Source of the DNA: Sphaeroforma arctica JP610
Taxonomy: Eukaryota
NCBI RefSeq assembly: GCF_001186125.1
Contig: NW_014040484.1
Location: 63,057-95,759 of the forward strand
Length of the DNA stretch: 32,703 nucleotides
Reading direction: 5' to 3'
The translations under genes and the position numbers were made by a program. The notes beneath the pieces were generated by a model. The model saw nothing but the letters and a program-made list of their open reading frames with translations, ran no database searches and was not told the DNA's origin. This document shows positions 12,560 through 22,924 of the stretch, in pieces (within the stretch, counting starts at the first letter, position 1; the number at the start of each line of letters is the position of its first letter).

Positions 12560-12930
12560 CATCTCGGATTTTACAAAGAAACTGAAAGACGGTTTGGGAA
12601 GTTCACAGTAGATCTGTTTGTATCGGCACACAATGCACACACCGATAAATGCTACACCAAAGAACAGAATGCGCTTCTACAGAAGTGAGCGCAGGAAGTG
12701 AATGCATGGGCGAACCCACCATGGGAACTCATACCGGATGTCCTTGAAAAAATCATTGAAAAGGCAACCAGCAAGCATCACGATATGTGTATCATACTAC
12801 CCCAATGCAACGTGGTTCGAAAATTGTCTTTACTAGAAGTGGTCCCGATGCTAGTGGAAAACACAAACAATATGTTCTCAAAGAAGGCACGAAAGCATGT
12901 GGCAAGACCCCATGGGGTGTCACATTAGTA
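12560..12930 (+). pseudogene. Dam-like DNA N6-adenine methyltransferase domain within pol (family A)
   Basis: RFGKFTVDLFVSAHNAHTDKCYTKEQNALLQK*AQEVNAWANPPWELIPDVLEKII, then after a frameshift ASITICVSYYPNATWF. DLF is at 12611-12619 and NPPW at 12713-12724. Confidence 0.85.
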
Positions 12931-14099
12931 GCAAAGATAGGGGTGAAGTCTCCATACTTTGACTCAATGCGGGAACAATCTGCCATACATGTTGCAGCAT
13001 CACATCCAGTTCCATCTGGAGATGAGCCACATGTAACAGAATACGGGACACGTGTCAACAACTTAAGACATTGCACTCCCGAGGAAGCGGTAAACAAGTT
13101 GCAAACAGAAGGACATGATTGGCCACAAATTCAAAAACATGTACACAAGTTCATCGAAGGATGCGTACCATGTCTCAAAAATAAGGCATACAAGAAGGGA
13201 TTCCATCTCTTACAATCAATCACAGTGTATTTCCAGACGACAGAGTCCAAGTGGACACTATTGGGCCTCTATTGGACTTAACAGAGGACACACATATGTG
13301 TTAGTATGGCTAGATGTACACTCATCATATACCATACTACGTCCACTACGACAGCGCGTACGCTGGTACCAATCATGTGTGAACATGCGTTCCCACAAAT
13401 CCTACAGACTGACCAAGGCACTGAATATGTTAACAACATACTTTCAAAAGTTGTTGAACAGGCGCCGACACAACACCTAGTCTCTCGACCGTACCAACCT
13501 AATGTCTTAGGCGCGAACGAAAGATTACACAAGGACCTCATTCCACTGTAACGAAAATACGTTGTGCAAAACCCAGGTAAATGGTGTTCTCGACTTCCTT
13601 TCGTACAGATGGGCCACAATCTCCGTACATCAAGAAGACACATGTCACCACGATTAAATGTGTACTTTGGTCGCAGACATAATCAACTCACGGACTACAA
13701 CACCCCAGTAAACGCACACTGTACAACAGTATCTTGGGAAGAGCGACTGTAGCATCTAGAAGAAGCCATTAGGCCACAACTAGAGAGCAACGTTGCGCAA
13801 TATCAAGCGAAGATGCGCGCAACATACGACCAAAAATACCAAAAGAAAAATGTACACTTCCAGGAAGGAAACATTGTCATAGGTCCACTATCAAAGTGAA
13901 ATGAACAGGATGACTGTACCATATGGCGGACCATACAGAATAGTATGCAGGGAGGACAACGGGTATTTTGTCTGTAAACTTGATGGGACTAAATCCCCCG
14001 AATATCCTGACTCGGCCAGTGATGAGCTAATTGGACTCGTAAAAAGGGCTAATGTTCTGGAAGCATTTACTTCTAATAGTCACGTACAACCAACCGAGG

Positions 14100-14250
14100 A
14101 GACTCAGTTCTTCTCAATAGTCGACGACAGGCCGTCCATCCAAGGTGATGGATCCCAGGAGTATCTACTACATTGGACAAATGGGGAGCGTACCTGGACG
14201 CATGAATCCGACATTACAAACGCTGATGTCCTTACACTATACCGTCAACG
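14100..14250 (+). other. Chromodomain at the integrase C-terminus
   Basis: FFSIVDDRPSIQGDGSQEYLLHWTNGERTWTHESDI fits the chromodomain pattern I..R...YLxxW...TW. Confidence 0.75.
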
Positions 14251-14687
14251 CACTGGCGCAAATGAAGGCAGTCAAGGCAAAAGAAGCCAGCATCAGCGAG
14301 CAGCAGAAAGCGCACAAGGCGGGGGACCTAAGCAAGTCTTACTGATACCAAGGGACACTCCCGCATTTCTCGCCTTGAAGCATGCTCCGCCCACACACCA
14401 TAGGGATAAGGACCAAACACTCGGCCGTATAGCCACCATTGAGATGCGTTTTCCAATGCCAAGTTGAGATCAACCGAGAGCACCGGTCAAGACTGACTGC
14501 GACGAGCTTGGTAAAGAACTCTCGTCATAGTATAAATTTTATTAATAGGTGATATGTAAGAATATATAATGGTGGCAGGTTTTTCATCATATGCCTAAGG
14601 GACAAGTTTTCCCTGTACAAAAACACCAACCTCTAGATAATCTCGTACCGTATGATGTCACTTTCTACTCCTACGCAGGCTAAGATG

Positions 14688-14703
14688 CAAAAAGTTGGGG
14701 GAC
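14688..14703 (+). promoter_or_regulatory. Polypurine tract of the family-A element
   Basis: AAAAAGTTGGGGGAC immediately precedes the TG of the 3' LTR. Confidence 0.75.
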
Positions 14704-14995
14704 TGTGGCATCTAGGGACCAGATTATCAAAAGCCAATCAAATTCCAAAACCTCAGAATTACCAAATATTGAGTTTTGGGATTAGAATTCGAATATTCCT
14801 GATATTAGAGTAATCAGAAAGATTAGCGTTAGAATCGGTAAGTTATACGGGACACCGCGTGTGTGAGAAATACTTCAGTAGAAAACCTGCGTCTCTCTCA
14901 GGCGAAGGACTTTTCCTAGCTGAGATAACCGTACTTGAGAAGAGGTCTATTGTATCCCTTGACATGTATATTTCCGCTACTCTCTATACTCTACT
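14704..14995 (+). repeat. 3' LTR of the family-A element
   Basis: TGTGGCATCTAGGGACC...CTCTCTATACTCTACT (terminal CA mutated to CT), followed by the TATG TSD. It has an internal deletion of ~40 bp relative to the 5' LTR. Confidence 0.9.
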
Positions 14996-17304
14996 TATGG
15001 GATCAGACGTGACCAGATAGTGGAATAGAAGATTTAGTGAGAGAGAAGGATTTCTAGGAGACAAAAACCATAGATACGGGTATTTTCACAATCACCCGTT
15101 GTTAGAGAAAATATCGTCCCACATAGGCACGTGATCAATAAATACATCAAACGCACCGCTCATAACGGCACTTCTGACTAAGTTCACTTTTTCAGACTTG
15201 ACACTCTTCACTAAGCGTTACTTGGTTTTGACTACATCCCCTGTGGGCTTCACGGGAAGGGCGCAGAGCGGCTACTTTTGGTTCATGGAGAAAGTCAGGC
15301 TTGGTGTGTTCCGATGTCTCGAGGGGTGGTCTTGATGTCACGACTAAACCAACAATGGCGAATTTGTTCTACTGATCCTGGTCAAGACCACTGAGGAATA
15401 TACCGATAATAAGTCATCAGTAAAGATAAGATTATGGTTTTGGGCTATCTGTTAGCGCTTGGTACCGCAGGTAGTCGATGTACACATGTGTACATCTGCA
15501 TCGCGTTCAAAGTCACGGAGATATTATTGATTAATGAATTGGATCGTTTGCCCTGGAAAAGATGGCAAGAAGGAGTCAAGGTGGAACAATATGGAGTCCT
15601 TATTTGAGAATTTCAACGAGTTCATCGGATAAAGTCCGGACAAGCAGAGACTGTGCTGTCCTCTTGATGTTCAGCAAGAAAGGTACTTGCGCGCATGGTC
15701 GGTATGAGGGTAGCGTGACACTGTGGAGTTTAAGCGTCATTTTTTATCGCTCCTTAAACCCGTTATGTGTCATAGTAGGAAAGTTTAATCGAGGCCCATA
15801 ACCTAATAACCACTATAAACTTAGTTTTGGAAGAACTGCTTTTCTTTATATGAATTCCAGAATATATACATAAATGATTTAGTCAGGAAAACGTGGTCTC
15901 TCGTGGCCTGGTCCTGGAAGGTAAACCTGATTAGGGTTCTTAACCTAACGAAGGAAACTGGATTTACTTTGGCAGCCATTATTTTATATAATATGGATTG
16001 TGAATCTGGTCCGAGAGACCACATATTTAGGCCTATTATGTATTGTATTTGTTTTTTTATTTATTTGCTTTCGATTCGCTTTCGTGTTGAGTGGACTATG
16101 TGCAGTTTAGTATGTAATTGCGCGGGTCAAATTCACTATATCTACGATAAATTGAAATCAGTGGTTGGAAAGCTCCTAAATCCTACTTTGAGATATGATA
16201 TCAAACGATCGCCATGAGACGAAGATACGTAGAACTACCAATAAGTTCGTATGGGATAGACACATGATCTGTAGTATACAACACACCATCGTGTATTCAA
16301 AATAGTACCTTGAAATCTTGCCTTCAGTCAGTCTAAAATATTACGATCTAACGACAGCTATGTGTCAAAACTAGATGTGTCTGAAAGTACACCGTATGCT
16401 TTGTTTACTCCATCGGTTCAATCATCTAAAGTAGTTATTAGAAAGCGGCACATATCCACATTCGTATTAAGACAATGAGTACGTAAATTTAGAGCTGTAT
16501 ACATATGTTTATACGACTGGATTTAAATATTATAACGGTGACAATTAGTTTTAAAAGTCGCGTACAGTTCTCGACAACAAGCATTTACTCTAAGCGAGTT
16601 GTTTTTGTTTGTTCCAGTGTGGATAGGACTATAATTAGGGATGTACGTGTTGTGTACGATATTGTAACTAGTGCATCCATATGACTGCCCATTTTACAGT
16701 ATCGTATCTAACTATGAAACTTAATATAGTCTGTCGGTCAATAAACTTTGGGATGTTATCAACATTCGCTTATAAAGACAAAGTTGTGTTTAGCTTTTCT
16801 TTGAGTGACTGGTCGCTACAAAGTTTATAAACATTTTCTTTCTATATGTAGGAACATCTCTGTTATTATACCACTACATAGCAGATTTACGGTATTGATA
16901 TCATACTGACACTGATCTTTCACGGCTATACAGTGATCCTTTCGTAAAATAGGTTGTTCTTTATGATACCTTTTCTATATACTTTACCCAGCAACAACAC
17001 AGCCGAGATAGTGCATGTTGTAACAAGTCACATCCCTATCGTTAAAACACAGAACTTGTATAGTAAACTATAAGCACCGTCTGCCAAAGCTGCCCCCGAG
17101 AAACACGGTACCCCGTAGCTACAAAAGATTGAACATTTATCTACTAGTATATACTCACAAGGGCACAAACATCGCGTGAATATCTCAAGTGGCCAATCAG
17201 CAAATATGTCAACATGGCGGATTGTCGTGACACAATATAATTTGTAACTGTGGCGAAAGGCCTATTCTCAAGTAGCAACATATTTGTGGTGCAAGAGCTA
17301 TCAC

Positions 17305-17720
17305 TTTAGATATCGGTCTAATAAAGCTGTATTGACGTCTTTAAGCTGAAACGTATTGGTTTCATATTAATAAACAAAGTATTGAGAGTAGTCGGTAATA
17401 AAATTAAGTACGCCTTGTGAAATCAACAATTTTCGGTTGAGCCATCGCTCTACCGTATATATATACATATTTATATATATATATATANNNNNNNNNNNNN
17501 NNNNNNNATCTTGGAAAGTTTTAATAAGCATTCTAATAGGCCTACTCTAAATATAATCATTAGAATATTAATAGGCTTTTGAATGGGTCTAATCCAAATA
17601 TCTGATTTGTAGAGTGTAAAAGTTATTTTCAAATTAATAAAACCGGCAAACCCCATTTGGGTAGACTTAGTTTACGTACTACTTAAGAGTAAGTTTATAT
17701 AGATAGAGTCTGACGTGGAA
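17305..17720 (-). repeat. 3' LTR of the family-B element (degraded; spans the N gap at 17488-17507)
   Basis: ATATCGGTCTAATAA...GCC.[T/C]GTGAAATCA.CAAT and AAACCCATTTGGGTA..CTTAGTTTA match 22230-22920. Confidence 0.65.
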
Positions 17721-18199
17721 GAAGCTAGCTACTCACCTAAGCTGATGTTTGACTATCACAGGGTATCAAAGAAAACCGCATCGAAACGTGAAGATGTATA
17801 GCGTATACTTAATGTTTCTCAGGCGGAGAAAGTGAGCATTCTCGGTTGCCCTGTTAGTTTTGGACTTAGGTCCAGTAGGTCCGTGATGGTCGGCTGGACG
17901 CTTTTACGTTTCAATGTGTTTGGAACATATGAAGGATGAACTGTATAGCTCGGGATAGATGCTTTTTCCCTTCCTTCACGTTCCATCAGATGATGTAAAC
18001 ATACTATTTTTCTTAGTGTGCGGCTTTTTTAACGGCACTCTCTAGGAAGGGCTTTAAATAGTCTTGATTGTCAGATATATTTCTGCGATTGTACCATATA
18101 TAAAACGTGTACGATAATATTTAAATTCTCCTTTATCTATTCTCCATATATATCTTTAAATTCGGAGCAATCAAGAAGGGCACCAGAGTCATATCTTCT

Positions 18200-20560
18200 A
18201 GCGAGTAAAATTTCTGTAGTCGGAATACGACTAGTGCCTTTATTAAGCGCACAACAACCATTGGGGTTATTTGCCGTCGTAGATTATACTTTTAGTGTGT
18301 ACATATGGGCCTAACCGTTTCGTTATTAATACAGTAGCATCGTAAATACGTTGTCGGACATTCACTTTGTCGCCCACCTGATACCCTGCAATCTTCTTGG
18401 AATTATTTTATCTATTTTGCCATTTTACTAAAGCTGAAATTGTTTCTTGCAAGCTAGAATATACAACGTGATATATACGTTGTATCTTTTCTAACCATGG
18501 TAGCTCATGGCGATTATGTCCTTCCTTGCTATATGGTATTTTAAACTCACTATGGTTGCCACGACAATGGTGAGCGGGTGTTCTTCCTGTAACCTGATCA
18601 GCACATTCGTTCATTTGTGCTAGTGACGATTTAAAATGGGGCTGCCAATCGTCTCGTCATCCGTTTATGCAGTACGCAGGAGGAACTTCAAGTCTTCTAT
18701 GGTGTGTTCCATTCGCGTCTTGCATTTGCGGTGTATATGGTACACCTCTCTTATGGCACATGCCGGATACGAGTACTACTGATTCCATCACGTCATCAGA
18801 TAACGCGCTACCGCTATCAGAGCACGCAAAACCTGGTCGTCCGTGGTGAGAAAAGACTTGGTAGCATAATTCTGCCACGGTCTGCGTGCTCTTATCATTT
18901 AAATGATAGAGCAAGTGAAACTGTGACGCCACATCAAAGAAGTGGCATATATAACGGTCGCCTGTATGTTCGGACGTGGGCAGGTCAATCAAATCAAAGA
19001 TGACCCTGCGCCATGGAACACTATCGGTCACACTCTTAAGTGATGCGAACCCATAGCGCTTTATCTGGTTGTGATCACAGTGTGTAAATGACTGATATAC
19101 TTTGTTCACTTTTGTTGCTCACTTAAGATGTGCCATTCTATTACACTTGATCGTTAAGTGCTTTTACTATATTCTGGTGCTTGAGCTTATGATTTTCCGT
19201 AGGCCAAGTGATGATGTTATCATTATTCTGCACTTCCAAAACAAAGGTAGTGTTTTCATACCCCGTACTAATTGTGTTTGAACATATTTGCGCTCATATA
19301 CATATGATACATTCGAATTATTTAAAAGTCTTATGTGTGTATATACTTCGGGATTAGAAGGGTGTCTGAAAAACTTAGGGAATCGACTTTATAGTATTGA
19401 ATGAAGGTTTAGCTAGAGATTTACAATTCTTAAGAGCTTGATGTGTAGTATATTGTATACGTTTACTTCATTGGAGAGTGAAATATCCGACTACGTGACC
19501 TTTTTAAGGAAGGTCTTAGAGGGTGGCCATGTAGTTGTACCTACAGGATTTGTACGACATATTATAGTATGACTCTAGGGAGTCTTTTGGGCTACTTGAA
19601 TACCCTGATAGAGGAAGGTGTCTACTTCCCTATCGAAATAGATCGGCTCACATATGGTATCATGATTATTAGCTATTGAACCACGGATCTTATTTCAGGA
19701 ATGATCAAAACAAGTTATGGCAGCTTTGTGTATTTGAACATAGTTAAGTAATTGGGCAATTAATTGCCATGGTGGGTTAGCCCACGCGTTATGTATAAAG
19801 ACATGTATTTGAAACATATATATCTATGGATGATTTCATGTCATATATTCTTTAGCTGCGTGTTTTGATACACGGCAAACATATCAATATTTTGCGGCTC
19901 AATATCTTTTGAGCAAGCTCAGATCATATACTAAGAACTCTCGTTCTAACTTATTAAAGTCTGCTACGAACTTGGATAACACATTCGGTAAATGGTTATG
20001 TATCCCATGTATATGTTTTATATCAAAGTGAAACTTGGATATCGTATTATGCATCTACTCATTAATCGAGAGTCTGGTTTTGTCTTATTCACATATTGAC
20101 GTGATTTCTGATCATTCATCACCGTAAATGCTGTTCCGTAGAGGTAATTTCTAAAGTGGTTCGTATCTGATATTATAGCTAATAGTTTTTGGTTTACAGT
20201 TGCATAATTCAACTGTAAAGCGTTCATAGCTCGATTAAAGAACTGTATATATAGATTTGTTGTATATTATATAGAACTCCTCCCAAAGCTAAGTCTGATG
20301 CGTTTGTTACTATTTCAAATGGTGCGACATCGACTGGCCCTTGAACTGTCGGAGTTTGTTGGACGGCATGTTTTCAGGTTTCAAATGCCTCGTCACAATC
20401 CCTTGCCCATAGCTCTCCTAGTTCACCTTAGTGACATCTAAAATGTCCAAGAAGTTTTAGATGATCTGCTAGACGTGGAAGCCCTTCTGAATAAAAAATT
20501 ACGAATCCACACAGGCTATTTACAAATCTAACTGTGGTTGGCGAGGCGAGTCAGATGAAC
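18200..20560 (-). pseudogene. pol: Family-B pol remnant: RT thumb, RNase H, Dam-like MTase, integrase
   Basis: LCGFVIFY (~20500), PFEIVTNASDLALGG (~20280-20325), NYATVNQKLLAII...FTVMNDQK (20018..20227), GIHNHLPNVLSK (~19972-20007), PWRRVIFDLIDLP...SDSGSAL...PYTPQ (18657..19109), YQVGDKV...LGPY (~18300-18390). Confidence 0.85.
19660..19930 (-). pseudogene. Dam-like DNA N6-adenine methyltransferase domain within pol (family B)
   Basis: On the - strand: NIDMFAVYQNTQL (DMFA at 19874-19885), NAWANPPWQLIAQLLNYV (NPPW at 19767-19778), then LIIPE and PWF after frameshifts. Confidence 0.82.
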
Positions 20561-21299
20561 GTTTTTCTCGTGAGTCCGGCGGCCCGTTAATGTAATTACG
20601 GGTCATTCCTGATGTTGATTCCTATCACATACATGGCTAGTATCTGATATCAGTGTGGCTTGACGTCCCTGGTTATATCAGGTCGGACCAAGTCAGAATC
20701 GAGCTTTGAAATGCAGCTCAAGATAGAGGTGTTCGGAGTTGGCGGTGCCAGGATCGAACATAATACCGGACTGTGCATATCCTTGCTCAACAAGGGAGTC
20801 ATTGGCCAAGATACTTCTGGCGAAGTGTGACAAGGCTTGATCTCGTCATTGTGCTTGTGGAGAGCTCGATAAGTGCTTCCTTCCGGGTTAAATGACTGCA
20901 TTAATGTATGCACCCATTGCTAAGAAGCAATGTCGGTAAGTCGCTGACATCCTAGTAAATGCGTTTAGAGTGCGAGTTGAAGTCCAGGTCATGGTTGTTG
21001 ATAAACTCTGGCCTGGTAGAGTTTTCGTCCAGTTCGACTTAAGTTGGCTGATCGAACCCTTGTACTTTTAATTGCCGCTGTTGTCTTGACCTCGTTGCAC
21101 TTGAAGCAACTGGACTTGGCGTAGTAGCCGACCTCTTACAGATGTACGAAGTTTGCTTTACTCGCTCGCTTTCTACCCTTGCTTCCCCTTCGGTTAAATC
21201 CAAAGTCAAGGGGTGAAGTTTCGCGACGTTCGTCGGGTTACTTGGGCGATACGATGTAAATGTCGTTCTTACTAGCATATATTCTGTCAGTAAGCTTCG

Positions 21300-22130
21300 T
21301 CTTATCAGATGTCGTCGTAGTACGGGATGGTGTGTCTGGAGGTGTACGTTAAACTTTCATAGGATCAATAGTGCCCTCGAGCACCGGTTTCTGTACTGGT
21401 AGCCCGTGTAAACGAGCTCTCTCTGGATTGTTTTCAACTTGTCTCGCTCGCTCAGAGTCTTCAAGGGCGAAGCAAAAATTGCGACACCACGTTTCTGAAT
21501 ACCTGTTAACTCATACTTCGAGACAGCGTATTCCGAGATTTCTCTTGCTTGTTTGTGGCTAGTCCATTGATCAACGCTGCGGTAGTGTCGTTAGAGAAAT
21601 CTTCGCGTAAGTGTATTGCCTTTTCACCAGATTCATACATTCGATCTACGTGTTCGGCTGTTTGATCTTCTTTAGCGAGTTTCAACTAAAGAGCTGCTAA
21701 CTAATTCTTAAATAGTTCTTTATGGGCTCGGTCGTTGATTCAGCTGAGTCTTGAGGGCTCGTCACTTCATCATCCACCTTCTGTGTCTGGTTCGTCTCGG
21801 TTTTCCTCACCGATCACCTAGACTGGGACCTTCTTTGATGAACAGTATGGCTTGCTTTAAAAACCCTGGTCTCACTTCGATATTTCGTAAATGTGGTTCC
21901 GAAGCAGTTGCAATAGCTGGCCCTTGGGCCCTTTCTTCGGGAGACTTCTCTCTTGGTGGAGTAGCCTTATTTTTCTCTGAAGTGTTCTCCTGGCTGGTCG
22001 AGCCTGCAACAATGGCTTTGGCAACTGCTTTGTTAACTTCTTTGACTGCAGCGGCTGCGGCCCTTCTTTTCCGTTTTATGCTTCGTGGAGGTAGTAAAAT
22101 CTTTGGTGCTCTTCATCATCTTAAGTATAT
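21300..22130 (-). pseudogene. gag-like remnant of the family-B element
   Basis: An open frame of ~100 codons on the - strand (IKRKRRAAAAAVKEVNKAVAKAIVAG...) lies just inside the 5' LTR. The call is positional only. Confidence 0.45.
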
Positions 22131-22229
22131 AAGTCTAGTTATAAAACAAATGGAGTAAGAAAACATCTCTGGAGTGAAATACCATAACGTTTAAGCAGCT
22201 CACGCTCAATATTTATGCTGCCTTCAAAA

Positions 22230-22920
22230 TGTGGAAATATCGGTCTAATAAGGCGATACTAATGTCTCGAAGCTGTAGTGTATTGAGTTTGTGTTGTACT
22301 TTTTAATACAAAAAAAAATGTACGAGAGTAGCCATAAGTAAAGTTAGGTATGCCTCGTGAAATCAGCAATAGTCTGGGGATTTAAAAGGCTGAGACATTG
22401 CCTATATAGAATCCTCACAGAACTGATTTTGCCGAAGAGATTTTATTCATGGTTTTGTCGTCGTCTTGCAAAACTATTACTATGCTTCATCGGGCGAAGT
22501 TGAGAACTAACAATATCCTATCGTTAGAGGGAAAAAAAAGACAAAAGAAAAAATACTCTCGATGTCCCTAGTTATTGTATTACTATACTAACCAATAGCT
22601 TGCCACTTATCAAGGATTACCGACTCGCCATTATCAGATTGGCGATCTGGTATGTAACGCTAATAGTCCCTGGAAACCTCTTTTAGGTTGATTCATCTTG
22701 CTATTGAAGTATTCAGATATATGTTGCTTTTTTGTGTGGATAATTTAATAGCCCTTTTAATAGAGCTACTCCAAATGTGATCTTTGGAATTTTAATAGGC
22801 CTTATAATGGGTCTACTCCAAATTATTGATTTGTAAAGTGGAAAAGGTACTAAAATGGTTAAAACCCATTTGGGTAACCTTAGTTTATGTACTGCTTAAG
22901 GGTACGTTTATTAACATAGA
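22230..22920 (-). repeat. 5' LTR of the family-B element, outer end truncated
   Basis: TGTGGAAATATCGGTCTAATAAGGCG... on + (CA end on -). Colinear with 2226-2960. TATATA at ~22403-22408. Confidence 0.8.
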
Positions 22921-22924
22921 GGTG

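Larger units (their letters stand above)
10600..14467 (+). pseudogene. pol: pol pseudogene: aspartic protease, RT, RNase H, Dam-like MTase, integrase, chromodomain
   Basis: Protease TLVDFGAQRS (~10607-10636). RT LRTFLDLREIN, FSKLDL, FKSAPFSL and VFVDDIV (~11340-11660). RNase H NDASDYGIG...WTDHKAI...NQMADLLSR (to 12430). Integrase WPQIQKHVHKFIEGCVPC, QTDQGTEY, YQPNVLGANER. GPY motif at ~13928. Many stops and frameshifts. Confidence 0.92.
5787..14995 (+). mobile_element. Full-length but decayed Ty3/Gypsy chromovirus-type LTR retrotransposon (family A), 9.2 kb, encoding a Dam-like adenine methyltransferase
   Basis: Two LTRs, TATG TSD (5783-5786 and 14996-14999), polypurine tract, and domain order gag-PR-RT-RNase H-MTase-INT-chromodomain. 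Confidence 0.93.
17305..22920 (-). mobile_element. Decayed Ty3/Gypsy LTR retrotransposon (family B), RT core deleted, with a Dam-like MTase between RNase H and integrase
   Basis: Direct-repeat LTRs at ~17305-17720 and 22230-22920. On the - strand: a gag-like frame, RT thumb, RNase H, NAWANPPW, integrase and a GPY motif. Confidence 0.85.

Noticed and set aside
11150..12688. TGA at positions where Trp is expected (EK*L, LLQK*A), hinting at TGA=Trp recoding
   Set aside because: The same pol has TAA/TAG stops and frameshifts, and the host gene uses TGG for Trp. TGG>TGA decay explains it.
5787..14995. Classifying the MTase-bearing element as a DIRS retrotransposon
   Set aside because: No tyrosine recombinase or inverted/split terminal repeats are visible. 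It has direct LTRs, a TSD, a protease and a DDE integrase.
15000..17300. Short ORFs and GGACCAGA/TCTGGTCC motifs suggesting another repeat interrupted by the family-A insertion
   Set aside because: No recognisable protein motifs or element boundaries.
18040..18160. Possible chromodomain at the end of the family-B integrase (GEFKYY...)
   Set aside because: Too decayed; the conserved tryptophans are not recoverable by eye.
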